From NCBI RefSeq assembly GCF_013122565.1, contig NZ_CP053258.1: DNA of 64,000 nt; one strand, written 5' to 3'. The notes beneath the pieces were generated by a model. It was not told the DNA's origin and did no database searches. It saw only the letters and a program-made list of their open reading frames with translations. The stretch comes from Escherichia coli (GTDB lineage: Bacteria; Pseudomonadota; Gammaproteobacteria; Enterobacterales; Enterobacteriaceae). The position numbers and the translations under genes were made by a program. Below, piece by piece: positions 40,982-53,337 of the stretch; position 1 is the first letter of the stretch, and each line of letters starts with the position of its first letter.

Positions 40982-41008
40982 ATGTGCCGGATAGTTTATC
41001 CGGCACAT
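40982..41008. terminator. Bidirectional terminator hairpin between yadS and erpA
   Basis: GTGCCGGATA-gtt-TATCCGGCAC perfect 10-bp stem between convergent stops. Confidence 0.6.
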
Positions 41009-41018
41009 GAACAACAGA

Positions 41019-41363
41019 TTAGATGCTAAAGGAAGAACCGCAACCGCAGGTGCTTTTCGCGTTCGGGTTGGTCACGATGAAACGAGAACCTTCCAGTCCT
41101 TCGGTATAGTCAACGGAACCGCCGACCAGATATTGCAGGCTCATCGGATCAACCACCAGGCCAACGCCCTGTTTTTCGATGGTCATATCGCCTTCGTTCA
41201 CCTGATCATCAAAGGTGAAACCATACTGGAAGCCGCTGCAACCGCCACCGGTGATATACACGCGTAATTTCAGATTCGGGTTATCTTCGTCAGCGATCAG
41301 GCTTTTAACTTTGTTGGCTGCTGCGTCGGTAAACTCCAGCGGCAGTGCTACGTCATCACTCAT
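41019..41363 (-). CDS. erpA: Iron-sulfur cluster insertion protein ErpA
   Basis: 114 aa from [23 protein letters not shown]-terminal CGCGSSF motif. Confidence 0.85.
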
Positions 41364-41444
41364 ATTTTGCTCCAAACGACATCGGCAATTGGGCAAATTC
41401 TAACCCAATAATAATCGCCATTATCTAATACCCTGGTATTTCGT

Positions 41445-42884
<1,440 letters not shown>

Positions 42885-43090
42885 TCATACAAATAAGATG
42901 ACGGCATTTTACTCGCACGTTCCATGAAAATCCTTTGCAAAGCGTAATGTTTCAAATGCACAAAACTTTTATACTCTAAGAAATCAGGATTGCACCAGTA
43001 CAAGCAGCCTGATGTTTGACGAGTATTTAACTTGTTATGAATAACATAGAATAGCAGCCATTCACTTTTTCTACGAATCAGGAACCCTCC

Positions 43091-44371
43091 ATGAGTAAGT
43101 CTGAAAATCTTTACAGCGCAGCGCGCGAGCTGATCCCTGGCGGTGTGAACTCCCCTGTTCGCGCCTTTACTGGCGTGGGCGGCACTCCACTGTTTATCGA
43201 AAAAGCGGACGGCGCTTATCTGTACGATGTTGATGGCAAAGCCTATATCGATTATGTCGGTTCCTGGGGGCCGATGGTGCTGGGCCATAACCATCCGGCG
43301 ATCCGCAATGCCGTGATTGAAGCCGCCGAGCGTGGTTTAAGCTTTGGTGCACCAACCGAAATGGAAGTGAAAATGGCGCAACTGGTGACCGAACTGGTCC
43401 CGACCATGGATATGGTGCGCATGGTGAACTCCGGCACCGAGGCGACGATGAGCGCCATCCGTCTGGCCCGTGGTTTTACCGGTCGCGACAAAATTATTAA
43501 ATTTGAAGGATGCTACCACGGTCACGCTGACTGCCTGCTGGTGAAAGCCGGTTCTGGCGCACTCACGTTAGGTCAGCCAAACTCGCCGGGTGTTCCGGCA
43601 GATTTCGCCAAACATACCTTAACCTGTACTTATAACGATCTGGCTTCTGTACGCGCCGCGTTTGAGCAATACCCGCAAGAGATTGCCTGTATTATCGTCG
43701 AGCCGGTGGCAGGCAATATGAACTGTGTTCCGCCGCAGCCAGAGTTCCTGCCAGGTCTGCGTGCGCTGTGCGACGAATTTGGCGCGTTGCTGATCATCGA
43801 TGAAGTGATGACCGGCTTCCGCGTGGCACTGGCTGGCGCACAGGATTATTACGGCGTAGTGCCAGATTTAACCTGCCTCGGCAAAATCATCGGCGGTGGA
43901 ATGCCGGTAGGCGCATTCGGTGGTCGTCGTGATGTAATGGATGCGCTGGCCCCGACGGGTCCGGTCTATCAGGCGGGTACGCTTTCCGGTAACCCGATTG
44001 CGATGGCAGCGGGTTTCGCCTGTCTGAATGAAGTCGCGCAGCCGGGCGTTCACGAAACGCTGGATGAGCTGACAACACGTCTGGCAGAAGGTCTGCTGGA
44101 AGCGGCAGAAGAAGCCGGAATTCCGCTGGTCGTTAACCACGTTGGCGGCATGTTCGGTATTTTCTTTACCGACGCCGAGTCCGTGACGTGCTATCAGGAT
44201 GTGATGGCCTGTGACGTGGAACGCTTTAAGCGTTTCTTCCATATGATGCTGGACGAAGGTGTTTACCTGGCACCGTCAGCGTTTGAAGCGGGCTTTATGT
44301 CTGTGGCGCACAGCATGGAAGATATCAATAACACCATCGATGCTGCACGTCGGGTGTTTGCGAAGTTGTGA
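43091..44371 (+). CDS. hemL: Glutamate-1-semialdehyde 2,1-aminomutase
   Basis: 426 aa [26 protein letters not shown]. Confidence 0.95.
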   Translation: MSKSENLYSAARELIPGGVNSPVRAFTGVGGTPLFIEKADGAYLYDVDGKAYIDYVGSWGPMVLGHNHPAIRNAVIEAAERGLSFGAPTEMEVKMAQLVTELVPTMDMVRMVNSGTEATMSAIRLARGFTGRDKIIKFEGCYHGHADCLLVKAGSGALTLGQPNSPGVPADFAKHTLTCTYNDLASVRAAFEQYPQEIACIIVEPVAGNMNCVPPQPEFLPGLRALCDEFGALLIIDEVMTGFRVALAGAQDYYGVVPDLTCLGKIIGGGMPVGAFGGRRDVMDALAPTGPVYQAGTLSGNPIAMAAGFACLNEVAQPGVHETLDELTTRLAEGLLEAAEEAGIPLVVNHVGGMFGIFFTDAESVTCYQDVMACDVERFKRFFHMMLDEGVYLAPSAFEAGFMSVAHSMEDINNTIDAARRVFAKL

Positions 44372-44380
44372 TCCAGCATG

Positions 44381-44500
<120 letters not shown>

Positions 44501-44528
44501 AGGCGTTCAGGGCCGTTATATGGAAAAA

Positions 44529-46511
44529 TTAACGGCTCTGCTTTCTCAACAAATAGATAAAATATGGCGCGCCGATAAAGGTCGACAGCAGCCCCGCCGG
44601 GATCTGGAATGGAAACAGCACCATCCGTCCACACCAGTCAGCGAATACCAGCAGTAAACCACCCACCAGCGCCGAAATTACGATGTGTGGCATCGTCCGT
44701 CGAAAACCCATCATCCGCGCAATATGCGGTGCCATTAAACCAACAAAACTCAACGGTCCAATAGTCATCGTCGCGGTCGCCGTCAGGCAAGCCGCTAATA
44801 GCAGCAGCGCAATTCGCGTCGGCGTCAGCGCCATTCCTACGGCTCGTGCGGTATCACCACCCAGCGGTAAAATGGTCAGCCAGCGGCGGTACAGCGGGGT
44901 AATCGCCAGCAAAATCACCATCACAATTCCGGTACGCCAGACCTGCGCATCGGTCGCGTTGTAGGTCGAACCGGAAATCCAGGTCAGCACTTGCGCCATT
45001 CGCGGGTCACCGCTCGCCTGCAACATCATCAAAAGCATGGTGAATGCGGTACTTAACGCCATCCCCGCCAGTAACATACGGTGTGGGGAAAATCCACCGC
45101 GGCCGGCGGCGATCATAATGATCAACAGCGTCACCGCCGCCCCGATACTGCCCGCGGGTAACAGCCAGCCAAAGGCATTACCCGGCACCAGAAACAGCAT
45201 TAACACCACGCCAAACGCCGCGCCGGAGCTAATCCCCAGCACTTCCGGGCTTGCCATCGGGTTTCCGGTCAGCCGCTGAATAATACAGCCCACCACCGCC
45301 AGCATGACGCCCGCAAACAGCGCCGCCATAATTCGCGGCCAGCGCCAGGGCATCAAATCATCGAGCAACGCCCCGCTCGCCCACGTCCAGCCGTGCGCAT
45401 CACGACCAAACGACAGCGCCACCACCACAGCCATCAACAGCAGCACGCCGCCCGCGAGGGCAAACGCCAGCACATGTTGGCGTTCAGCCGCGACACGATC
45501 GTTGACCTTCATATCCGGCGCGCTAATGCTGCGTAAACGCGGCAGCAACCACAGTAGCAGCGGCGCACCGATCAACGCAGTGACCGAACCGGTGGACACT
45601 TCCATCCACACGCGAGTCAGCCAGAGGATGATTTGATCGGAAAGCCAGAGGATCAGCGCACCAATCAGCGACGCCAGCATCAACCGTGGCAGCAGACGCC
45701 GCGCCCCCAGCATTTTTGCCAGCAACGGCGCGAACAAACCGATAAAGCCGATAATCCCCACCGCGTTCACCAGCAGCGCACTGATGACAATAGCCAGCGA
45801 CAGCGCCGCCAGACGCGCGAGCGACAAGGCCAGCCCGAGATTGCGCGCCACGCCATCATCAAGCCCCATCAGGGTTAACGGACGAAGTAGCAATAACGTC
45901 AGCATCACGCCGCCCAGCAGCTGCGGCCATAAACGCTCAACGCCGCCCCAGTCGGTTTGCGTCAGCGTTCCGGTGCTCCACAGGAACATGCTTTGCAACT
46001 GGTCATGATGGAAGATAACCAGTAACTGATTGATTGCCCCACAATAAAGGCTCACTACCAGCCCCGCGAGAATCAGCGTTACCGGCGACAGCCGTTTCCC
46101 CCACGCGACGCCAAAGACAATTAAGCCAACAACGCAAGCCCCTGCCAGCGCAGCAAACTGGCTCGCCATAGCACCTGGGATCGCCCAGAGCGTAGTGACG
46201 GTAATCCCCAGTTGCGCGCCTGTAGCAACGCCAAGTGTCGTCGGTTCCGCCAGCGGGTTACGCAGCACTTGCTGAAACAGCACGCCCACCAGCCCCAGGC
46301 CCGCGCCCACCAGCAGCGAAATCGCCAGACGCGGCAACAAGCTGTAGTGAAAAATCATCTGCTCGATGACATCGATATCCGGCGACCAGGCGGCCTGCGC
46401 CCACTGGCTGCGCGGCAGCGCCTGTGAGAAGTTCATCCAGGTGAGCACCGTAGCGACAATCACCAATAGCGCCAGCAATAATGCCGGGAAAAGCGCAATT
46501 CGTTTACTCAC
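44529..46511 (-). CDS. fhuB: Ferric hydroxamate ABC transporter permease FhuB
   Basis: 660-aa duplicated permease; fhuACDB operon order. Confidence 0.9.
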   Translation of the reverse strand: MSKRIALFPALLLALLVIVATVLTWMNFSQALPRSQWAQAAWSPDIDVIEQMIFHYSLLPRLAISLLVGAGLGLVGVLFQQVLRNPLAEPTTLGVATGAQLGITVTTLWAIPGAMASQFAALAGACVVGLIVFGVAWGKRLSPVTLILAGLVVSLYCGAINQLLVIFHHDQLQSMFLWSTGTLTQTDWGGVERLWPQLLGGVMLTLLLLRPLTLMGLDDGVARNLGLALSLARLAALSLAIVISALLVNAVGIIGFIGLFAPLLAKMLGARRLLPRLMLASLIGALILWLSDQIILWLTRVWMEVSTGSVTALIGAPLLLWLLPRLRSISAPDMKVNDRVAAERQHVLAFALAGGVLLLMAVVVALSFGRDAHGWTWASGALLDDLMPWRWPRIMAALFAGVMLAVVGCIIQRLTGNPMASPEVLGISSGAAFGVVLMLFLVPGNAFGWLLPAGSIGAAVTLLIIMIAAGRGGFSPHRMLLAGMALSTAFTMLLMMLQASGDPRMAQVLTWISGSTYNATDAQVWRTGIVMVILLAITPLYRRWLTILPLGGDTARAVGMALTPTRIALLLLAACLTATATMTIGPLSFVGLMAPHIARMMGFRRTMPHIVISALVGGLLLVFADWCGRMVLFPFQIPAGLLSTFIGAPYFIYLLRKQSR

Positions 46512-47398
46512 GCTTTACCTCCGATGGCGTTATCCAGAACGCGCACAAAGTGCATTGCCGAGAGCGTCGCACCATAAAACCAGACTGCGGGTACGCGCTG
46601 AAAGCGTCCGGCGCGGACAAACGGCATGGCCTGCCACAGCGGCGTTGCCATTAGCGCATCCATGTCTTTGCTGTTGTCGTGATCAAAACAGAGCACATCA
46701 ACGTCTTTATACGCTGCCAGACGATCGATGCTGACGGCGGTACTGCCCCAGAAGTTGGTTTCCCCTTGCCAGGCATTTGGGATGCCGTACTCATCAAGAA
46801 TTTCCTGGAACAAGCTGTTTGGACCGAAGACCAGCATATGGCGCGGATCGATAAGCGTCGTCAGCAATAACGGACGCGCACCACGCTTCACAAAGCGGGG
46901 TTTCATGCTGCGGATAAAGTCTTCATATTGCGCTAAATGCGTTTCTGCTGCGCTTTGCAGGTTAAGTAAATCCGCCATTTCCGTCAGCGATTTACGCGCC
47001 ATCGCCAGCGGCTGTTTGCCGTCACTGAAGTCAAATCCGCGACCCGGCGCAATACGTGCCAGCATTTCTGGTGAAGGGCCATATCCTGCCGACCAGACCA
47101 TAAACGACGGTTTCATTTCGGTCAGCAATTCAAGGTTAGGTTCTGTACGCAAACCGACGTCAATCACTGAGTCCGGCAATGGTGGTTCGCTGACCCACAG
47201 GCGATAGTTGATGGTGTCCGCCACGCCGTAAGGCACGATGCCGAGCGCCAGCAGTAATTCCACCGGCAACCACTCCAGCGCCACAATACGATTGGGGTCA
47301 ATAGCCGCCGCGTGGGCGGTATTCATCTGCCATAACAACGGAGAAAGCGCCATCGCCGTTAACAGTCGACGGCGCGAAATAAGAGGTAAGCCGCTCAT
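46508..47398 (-). CDS. fhuD: Ferric hydroxamate periplasmic binding protein FhuD
   Basis: 296 aa from MSGLPLISRRRLLTAMALSPLL (Tat-like RRRLL signal). Confidence 0.88.
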   Translation of the reverse strand: MSGLPLISRRRLLTAMALSPLLWQMNTAHAAAIDPNRIVALEWLPVELLLALGIVPYGVADTINYRLWVSEPPLPDSVIDVGLRTEPNLELLTEMKPSFMVWSAGYGPSPEMLARIAPGRGFDFSDGKQPLAMARKSLTEMADLLNLQSAAETHLAQYEDFIRSMKPRFVKRGARPLLLTTLIDPRHMLVFGPNSLFQEILDEYGIPNAWQGETNFWGSTAVSIDRLAAYKDVDVLCFDHDNSKDMDALMATPLWQAMPFVRAGRFQRVPAVWFYGATLSAMHFVRVLDNAIGGKA

Positions 47399-48195
47399 CA
47401 ATAAACAAAACTCACAGGTGCAGCACCCGCCGGATGCGGCAAAATACCCATCGGGATGCCATAAATCATTTCGAGGGTTTCGCCGCGCATAATTTCCGCA
47501 GGCGTTCCCTGAGCAATCATTTCACCGCCGCGCAGGGCGACCAGATAATCACAGTAGCGTGCCGCCATATTGATATCGTGCAGCACGGCAATCACCGTCA
47601 GGCCACGTTCCTGACTTAAACGGTGCACCAGCGCCAGCACATCAACCTGGTGGGCGATATCCAACGCCGAAGTCGGTTCGTCGAGCAACAGACAACGGCT
47701 ATCCTGCGCCACCAGCATGGCGATCCACGCCCGCTGACGTTCGCCGCCAGAGAGACTATCGACCAGCCGATGCGCCAGCGGTTTTAAGCCAACCAGCGAG
47801 ATAGCTTCCTCGACCTTTTCGCGATCTGCCGCACCAAAGCGCCCTAGTGCGCCATGCCAAGGGTAACGACCAATCGCCACCAGTTCACGCACGGTCATCC
47901 CTTCTGCCGGAGGAAGCTGCTGCGGTAAATAAGCCACTTTGCGGGCAAACGCTTTGCTGCTCCAGCTTTCCAGCGGCTGGGCATCAAGAAGAATCTCACC
48001 TTCCGACGGTGGCTGATGACGGCCAAGCATTTTGAGCAGAGTGGATTTACCAGAACCGTTGTGACCAATCAGACCGGTCACTTTCCCGGCAGGAAAGGTT
48101 AACGACAGTGGATGCAAAAGCGTGCGCCCGGGCACACGAAAGGAGATATTACGCAGTGCAAAAGTGGTATCGGAATGATTCGTGTATTCCTGCAT
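47398..48195 (-). CDS. fhuC: Ferric hydroxamate ABC transporter ATPase FhuC
   Basis: 265 aa from MQEYTNHSDTTFALRNISF, Walker A GHNGSGKST. Confidence 0.9.
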   Translation of the reverse strand: MQEYTNHSDTTFALRNISFRVPGRTLLHPLSLTFPAGKVTGLIGHNGSGKSTLLKMLGRHQPPSEGEILLDAQPLESWSSKAFARKVAYLPQQLPPAEGMTVRELVAIGRYPWHGALGRFGAADREKVEEAISLVGLKPLAHRLVDSLSGGERQRAWIAMLVAQDSRCLLLDEPTSALDIAHQVDVLALVHRLSQERGLTVIAVLHDINMAARYCDYLVALRGGEMIAQGTPAEIMRGETLEMIYGIPMGILPHPAGAAPVSFVY

Positions 48196-48246
48196 AACAG
48201 CCAACTTGTGAAACGGGCACGGAAATCCGTGCCCCAAAAGAGAAAA

Positions 48247-50490
48247 TTAGAAACGGAAGGTTGCGGTTGCAACGACCTGACGTTCTGCGCCCCAGAAACA
48301 GCCATAAGTGTTAAAGCAGCTGGCGACGTATTCACGATCGAACAGGTTGTTGACATGCAGCGCCACGTTGGAGCCCGCCATGCCGACTCGCGCCAGATCA
48401 TAACGCACTAACGCATCCACGACCGTATAACTTCCCACTTTAAAGGAGTTAGCCGGATCACCATAGCTGGAGCCAGTATAACGACCACCGGTGCCCAGCG
48501 TCAGACCTGAAAGTGGACCGTCAAAGAAGGTATAGTCAGCCCACAGCGAAGCCATGTGTTTTGGCACCTGTGCAGGCGTATTGCCTTTATAGGTAGTATC
48601 GGTGGTGTATTCCGCATCGGTGTAAGTATAAGAACCGACTACGTTAACACTCGCCGACAGCGCCGCTTTCGCTTCGATTTCTACGCCACGAGCGCGGATC
48701 TCACCACCTTCAACCGAGAAGAAGGAACCCTCAGGGTCCGCCATCAGGTTGTTGGTTTTAGTGAGATTATACACGGCACCAGTAACTACAATCGGACGAT
48801 CTTCCGGTACATATTTCACGCCGACTTCATACTGCTTACCTTTAGAGGGTGCAAAAATATTACCATCCTTCCCAACTTGCGAAGAAGGTTCAAACGATTC
48901 GCTATAGCTGAAGTAAGGTGTTACACCATTATCAAACAGGTAGTTAACACCACCACGCCAGGTAAACTGTTTGTCATCACGTTTATCGGTCGTTCCCGCT
49001 ACGCGGTTAAGAGATTCTTGATCTGCCCAGTCGTAACGCCCGCCCAGGGTGACCAGCACTTTATCCCACTGCGCCTGATCCTGAACATAAACGCCCGTTT
49101 GTTTCTGCTTATTCAGAATGCGGTAAGGACCGGAGTTTGCCGGATCTTTGGCATTGAAGTCGAAATCGGTATTCACCGGATTGTACAGATCGAGCAGCGG
49201 CACAGAGTCGTCGTAACCAAACCAGGCGTTGATGTCATTACGCATACGCATAAAGTCGACACCGGTCAGCAGGGTGTGGTCGATATCGCCAGTGGCAAAC
49301 TTGCTCTGCAACTGGGTATCAACGGAGAAGTTTTGCAGCTTCTCATCATCAACGACGTATTTACGTGCCAGATAATGGCCTTTATCCGCTGGCGCTAATG
49401 CCGCACACTGTTTGCTGTAAGCATTCGCCGGATCGGAGCAGACGCCGTAACCATAAACGCTGTTTTGCGAAGTTTTGTTTTCAGCAAAGCGCAGGTTCTG
49501 ACGCACAGTAAAGGTGTCGTTAAATTCGTGATCGAAGCTGTAGCCCACCATCTTCTCATTACGAGAATAGGTGTTGTTCTTCGCCCCTTCGTTAAAGTCT
49601 GTCGGCAGACGCTTACCGTTCGGCAGCGGCTCAACAGTTCCCTCTTTCGGCAACCAGCCGTAATAACCGGTTTCCGGCTCGTTCTGGAAGTAAGAAAGGA
49701 AGGTGAAATTGGTTTTATCGTCCGGACGCCAGGTAAACGCTGGCGCAATGGCATAACGCTGCTCTTCCGCGCCCTTTTGCTGGGCATTGGCAGAGCGCGC
49801 AAGACCGGTCAGACGATAAGAGTAAACGCCGTCATCATCCAGCGCATCGCTGAAGTCAAAACCGGTCTGGAAGAGGCTGTCAGTCCCGGCCTTAAACTGA
49901 ACTTCTTTCAACGGTTCAGTGGTCGGGCGCTTGCTGACCATATTCAACAGACCGCCAGGACTGCTTTTACCGTAAAGCACGGAAACCGGGCCACGCATAA
50001 TTTCAGCGCGTTCCAGCATATACGGGTCAATGACCGCATCGTTATAGAAGTTGCCCTGCAACTTCAGGCCATTCAGATAGTTATTCTGACTTTGGCCTTC
50101 TGCCGCAAAACCGCGAATGATCAGGTGGTCATAGGTGTTGGATGCGCCACGCGTACCAACAGAGACACCCGGCGTGTAGCTGAGCGCCTCTTTTACTGAC
50201 TTCGGCTGATGTAGCGCCATCTCTTCGGCGGTCACAACAGAAATAGACTGTGGCACTTTTTGAATCGGCGTATCGGTTTTAGTGCCGGTAGCAGACTGTC
50301 GCGCCGCAATAGTTGCAGCCGGCCCCCATGCGCTTTCTTGCGGCGCAGGTGCAGCGGTAACGGTGATAGTGTCTTCTTTCGGTTCAACCGCTGCCTGTGC
50401 ATAAACAGACATGCCGCTAACCGCTGTGGCTACTACAACTGCGATTTTACGCAGTGAGTGTTTTGGCTGAGCAGTTTTGGAACGCGCCAT
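48247..50490 (-). CDS. fhuA: TonB-dependent ferrichrome outer-membrane receptor FhuA
   Basis: 747 aa, signal peptide, TonB box, C-terminal ...ATFRF. Confidence 0.95.
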   Translation of the reverse strand: MARSKTAQPKHSLRKIAVVVATAVSGMSVYAQAAVEPKEDTITVTAAPAPQESAWGPAATIAARQSATGTKTDTPIQKVPQSISVVTAEEMALHQPKSVKEALSYTPGVSVGTRGASNTYDHLIIRGFAAEGQSQNNYLNGLKLQGNFYNDAVIDPYMLERAEIMRGPVSVLYGKSSPGGLLNMVSKRPTTEPLKEVQFKAGTDSLFQTGFDFSDALDDDGVYSYRLTGLARSANAQQKGAEEQRYAIAPAFTWRPDDKTNFTFLSYFQNEPETGYYGWLPKEGTVEPLPNGKRLPTDFNEGAKNNTYSRNEKMVGYSFDHEFNDTFTVRQNLRFAENKTSQNSVYGYGVCSDPANAYSKQCAALAPADKGHYLARKYVVDDEKLQNFSVDTQLQSKFATGDIDHTLLTGVDFMRMRNDINAWFGYDDSVPLLDLYNPVNTDFDFNAKDPANSGPYRILNKQKQTGVYVQDQAQWDKVLVTLGGRYDWADQESLNRVAGTTDKRDDKQFTWRGGVNYLFDNGVTPYFSYSESFEPSSQVGKDGNIFAPSKGKQYEVGVKYVPEDRPIVVTGAVYNLTKTNNLMADPEGSFFSVEGGEIRARGVEIEAKAALSASVNVVGSYTYTDAEYTTDTTYKGNTPAQVPKHMASLWADYTFFDGPLSGLTLGTGGRYTGSSYGDPANSFKVGSYTVVDALVRYDLARVGMAGSNVALHVNNLFDREYVASCFNTYGCFWGAERQVVATATFRF

Positions 50491-50530
50491 TGGTATATCT
50501 CTGATGTAAAGTGAATGATAACGTAAACGA

Positions 50531-50559
50531 GAATGATTATTATAAAGATAAGATAATAT
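50531..50559 (-). promoter_or_regulatory. Fur-box-like iron-regulation site in the fhuA promoter region
   Basis: gaATGATtATtATaaaGATAAgATAAT, AT-rich GATAAT/ATTATC-type hexamer repeats 40-70 bp upstream of the fhuA ATG. Confidence 0.5.
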
Positions 50560-50709
50560 TCGAAACGCTGGCGGGTTCGCAAGCGGTACGCAATCTGAGC
50601 GTTCCTGAAGGGTTAATAAACAACCAGATGAAAAGAAAGGGTTAATACTTTAGGTGGGATGTTATTTTACCGGATGGCAACTCGCCATCCGGTATTTCAC
50701 GCTTAGATG

Positions 50710-53244
50710 TTAATTACTACCAAACATATCCTTAATCCAACCGGCTACACCGTCGCTATCTTTCTGCTCTTGCTGGGCAGGTTGCTGTTGCGGCTGTTGC
50801 TGCGGCTGTGAAGACTGATCAAACGGATTGCCTGACGGCTGCTGCTGCATCTCACTCTGCTGGCACAGCGATTGCGGATCGCTGGTCCAGACCGGCAAGA
50901 CACGCATGCCACCGCTGCAAACAAAGTTGCCGTCGTAGTCCACGCCCATATCTGCAATATCTTCTGGCGGAACAAGATTCAGCGGTGTTGGCGTCTGGTT
51001 AGCCAGATAACGCTGATAAATCGACATTGCCCCGCTGGCACCATACAGTTTGGTCGGCTGGTTGTTATCACGGCCTACCCAGGTGATGGTCACCGTGCTG
51101 CCGTCAATGCCCGCAAACCAGGTATCTACGTTATTGTTGGTAGTCCCTGTTTTCCCTGCCAGATGCAGGTTCGGGTATTTCGCCCCAAGCTGACGACCCG
51201 TACCGCGTTGTACCACCTGCTGCATGGTCCATAGTGTCAGATACGCCGCCTGCGCCGGAACAGCGCGTTCCGCCTGCGGGAAGCTCTGATACAGCACTTT
51301 GCCATCTTCCGCAATTACCGAACGCAGCGCAGAAAGCGGTGCACGGTTACCGCCGCTGGCGATAGTCTGGAATGCCTGCGCCACTTCGATTGGCGTTAAG
51401 TTCAACGCCCCCAGCAGCATCGCCGGAACCGGATGCAGCTGATCTTTCGGTACGCCCAGTTTAATCCAGGTCTCCGTAACCGCAGGCAGCCCCAGCGCCA
51501 TCCCCAGATTTACCGTCGGCACGTTCATCGAACGGGTCAACGCATCCACCAGCATCACTCTGCCGCTTTCGCTATAACGACGGTCATCGTTCTGCGGTGA
51601 CCAGACCTGGCCATTCGGCTGACGTAGCGCGATTGGCGCATCCGCAATCCACGTATTCAGACGATAGATTTTCGGCTGGCTTAAGGCCGTCAGATAAGTC
51701 GCTGGTTTTGCAAGAGAACCAATCGAACGACGCGCCTGCATCGCACGGTTGTAGCCCGCAAACTGCGGCTCAGAACCACCGACCATCGCACGAACTTCAC
51801 CACTAAAGCGGTCGACGACCACAATCGCAGTTTCAAGATCGCTCAGCTTACGCTGTTTCTTCAGTGCCGGAATGCCTTCCACGGCGGCTTTTTCTGCCGC
51901 GTCCTGTGCCACCGAGTCAAAGGTAGTGAAGATCTTCACGCCGGAGAGATCTTTTACCTTATCGCCCAGTTTTGCCTGCAACTCCTGACGCACCAGCTGC
52001 ATAAAGGCTGGCTGAGGAGAGATCACCCCACCGCGCGGCTGAACACCCAGCGGACGTGCACTCAACATGTCATAGAGTTCTTGATCAATAATCTGTTGCT
52101 GTTGCAGCAGACGCAGCACCAGATTACGTCGCTCCAGCGCCAGTTTTGGGTTACGCCACGGGTTGTAGATGGACGCCCCTTTCACCATGCCGACTAACAG
52201 CGCCTGCTGGTCGAGGCTTAGCTCTTCTACCGGGCGACCAAAGTAATACAAGCTCGCCAGCGGGAAGCCGCGGATTTCGTTGTCGCCGCTCTGACCGAGA
52301 TACACCTCGTTCATATACAGCTCAAGAATACGGTCTTTGCTGTAACGCGCGTCCATGATCAGCGCCATGTAAGCTTCGTTCGCTTTACGCCAGTAAGAGC
52401 GCTCGCTGGAGAGGAACAGGTTTTTCACCAGCTGTTGCGTCAGCGTACTCGCCCCCTGCACCGTGCGACCTGCGGTCAGGTTTGCCAGCACCGCACGTCC
52501 GATGGAGTAGAGACTGATTCCATCATGCTCGTAAAAATGACGGTCTTCTGTCGCCAGCAAAGTATCCACCAGCAAATCAGGGAAACCACTGCGCGGCACA
52601 AACAGACGCTGCTCACCGTTTGGCGAGGAGATCATGGTGATCAGGCGCGGATCAAGACGGAAGAAGCCGAACTGACGGTTGTTCTCCATATTGACGATGG
52701 TCGCCAGATGATCGCCATCAAAGGTCAGACGCGCACGCACCTGCCCTTCTTTACTGTCCGGGAAATCAAACGGACGGCGGATCATCTCAATGCTGTTGGC
52801 CTGCACGGTAAATTCGCCAGGACGGGTCATTTTCGACACCTGACGATACTGGGTAGCCTCCAGCAGCTTCACCATCTCGTTCTTGCTGATGGTCATATCT
52901 GGCTCAAGGTTGACCATTCGGCCATAAACTGCCGCAGGCAGTTGCCAGACCTTGCCATCAATACGGCTACGAATTTTTTGATCGAGATAAACACCGTAAA
53001 TGGCGATCAGCACGGCAAAAACGATAGCCAGTTTTAGCAGTAGCCATAGCCAGCCGCGTTTGCCACGAGGCTTACGCCCTTTGCCTTTGCCCTTACCTTT
53101 GCGCGGCATCGGTTCTTCATCCTCATAGTCATCATAATCGTCGTAATCATCGTCATCTTCGTAACGACGACGGCTTACCTTTTGTTTGACCGGACGCGTC
53201 GGTTTCCCTTTGCGTCCAATTGGCTCGCGGTCATTCCCGGCCAT
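50710..53244 (-). CDS. mrcB: Penicillin-binding protein 1B (bifunctional transglycosylase/transpeptidase)
   Basis: 844 aa from [21 protein letters not shown], acidic and KGKG-rich cytoplasmic tail, GT and TP domains. Confidence 0.9.
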   Translation of the reverse strand: MAGNDREPIGRKGKPTRPVKQKVSRRRYEDDDDYDDYDDYEDEEPMPRKGKGKGKGRKPRGKRGWLWLLLKLAIVFAVLIAIYGVYLDQKIRSRIDGKVWQLPAAVYGRMVNLEPDMTISKNEMVKLLEATQYRQVSKMTRPGEFTVQANSIEMIRRPFDFPDSKEGQVRARLTFDGDHLATIVNMENNRQFGFFRLDPRLITMISSPNGEQRLFVPRSGFPDLLVDTLLATEDRHFYEHDGISLYSIGRAVLANLTAGRTVQGASTLTQQLVKNLFLSSERSYWRKANEAYMALIMDARYSKDRILELYMNEVYLGQSGDNEIRGFPLASLYYFGRPVEELSLDQQALLVGMVKGASIYNPWRNPKLALERRNLVLRLLQQQQIIDQELYDMLSARPLGVQPRGGVISPQPAFMQLVRQELQAKLGDKVKDLSGVKIFTTFDSVAQDAAEKAAVEGIPALKKQRKLSDLETAIVVVDRFSGEVRAMVGGSEPQFAGYNRAMQARRSIGSLAKPATYLTALSQPKIYRLNTWIADAPIALRQPNGQVWSPQNDDRRYSESGRVMLVDALTRSMNVPTVNLGMALGLPAVTETWIKLGVPKDQLHPVPAMLLGALNLTPIEVAQAFQTIASGGNRAPLSALRSVIAEDGKVLYQSFPQAERAVPAQAAYLTLWTMQQVVQRGTGRQLGAKYPNLHLAGKTGTTNNNVDTWFAGIDGSTVTITWVGRDNNQPTKLYGASGAMSIYQRYLANQTPTPLNLVPPEDIADMGVDYDGNFVCSGGMRVLPVWTSDPQSLCQQSEMQQQPSGNPFDQSSQPQQQPQQQPAQQEQKDSDGVAGWIKDMFGSN

Positions 53245-53337
53245 GCTTTTTCTCCGCAATATTCAGGCGCAAAAGCCCGATTTTCTGTTCTTCTGTTGCA
53301 AGACAGAAGAAGATATCTCTCAAATTTGCTTTGGTCT

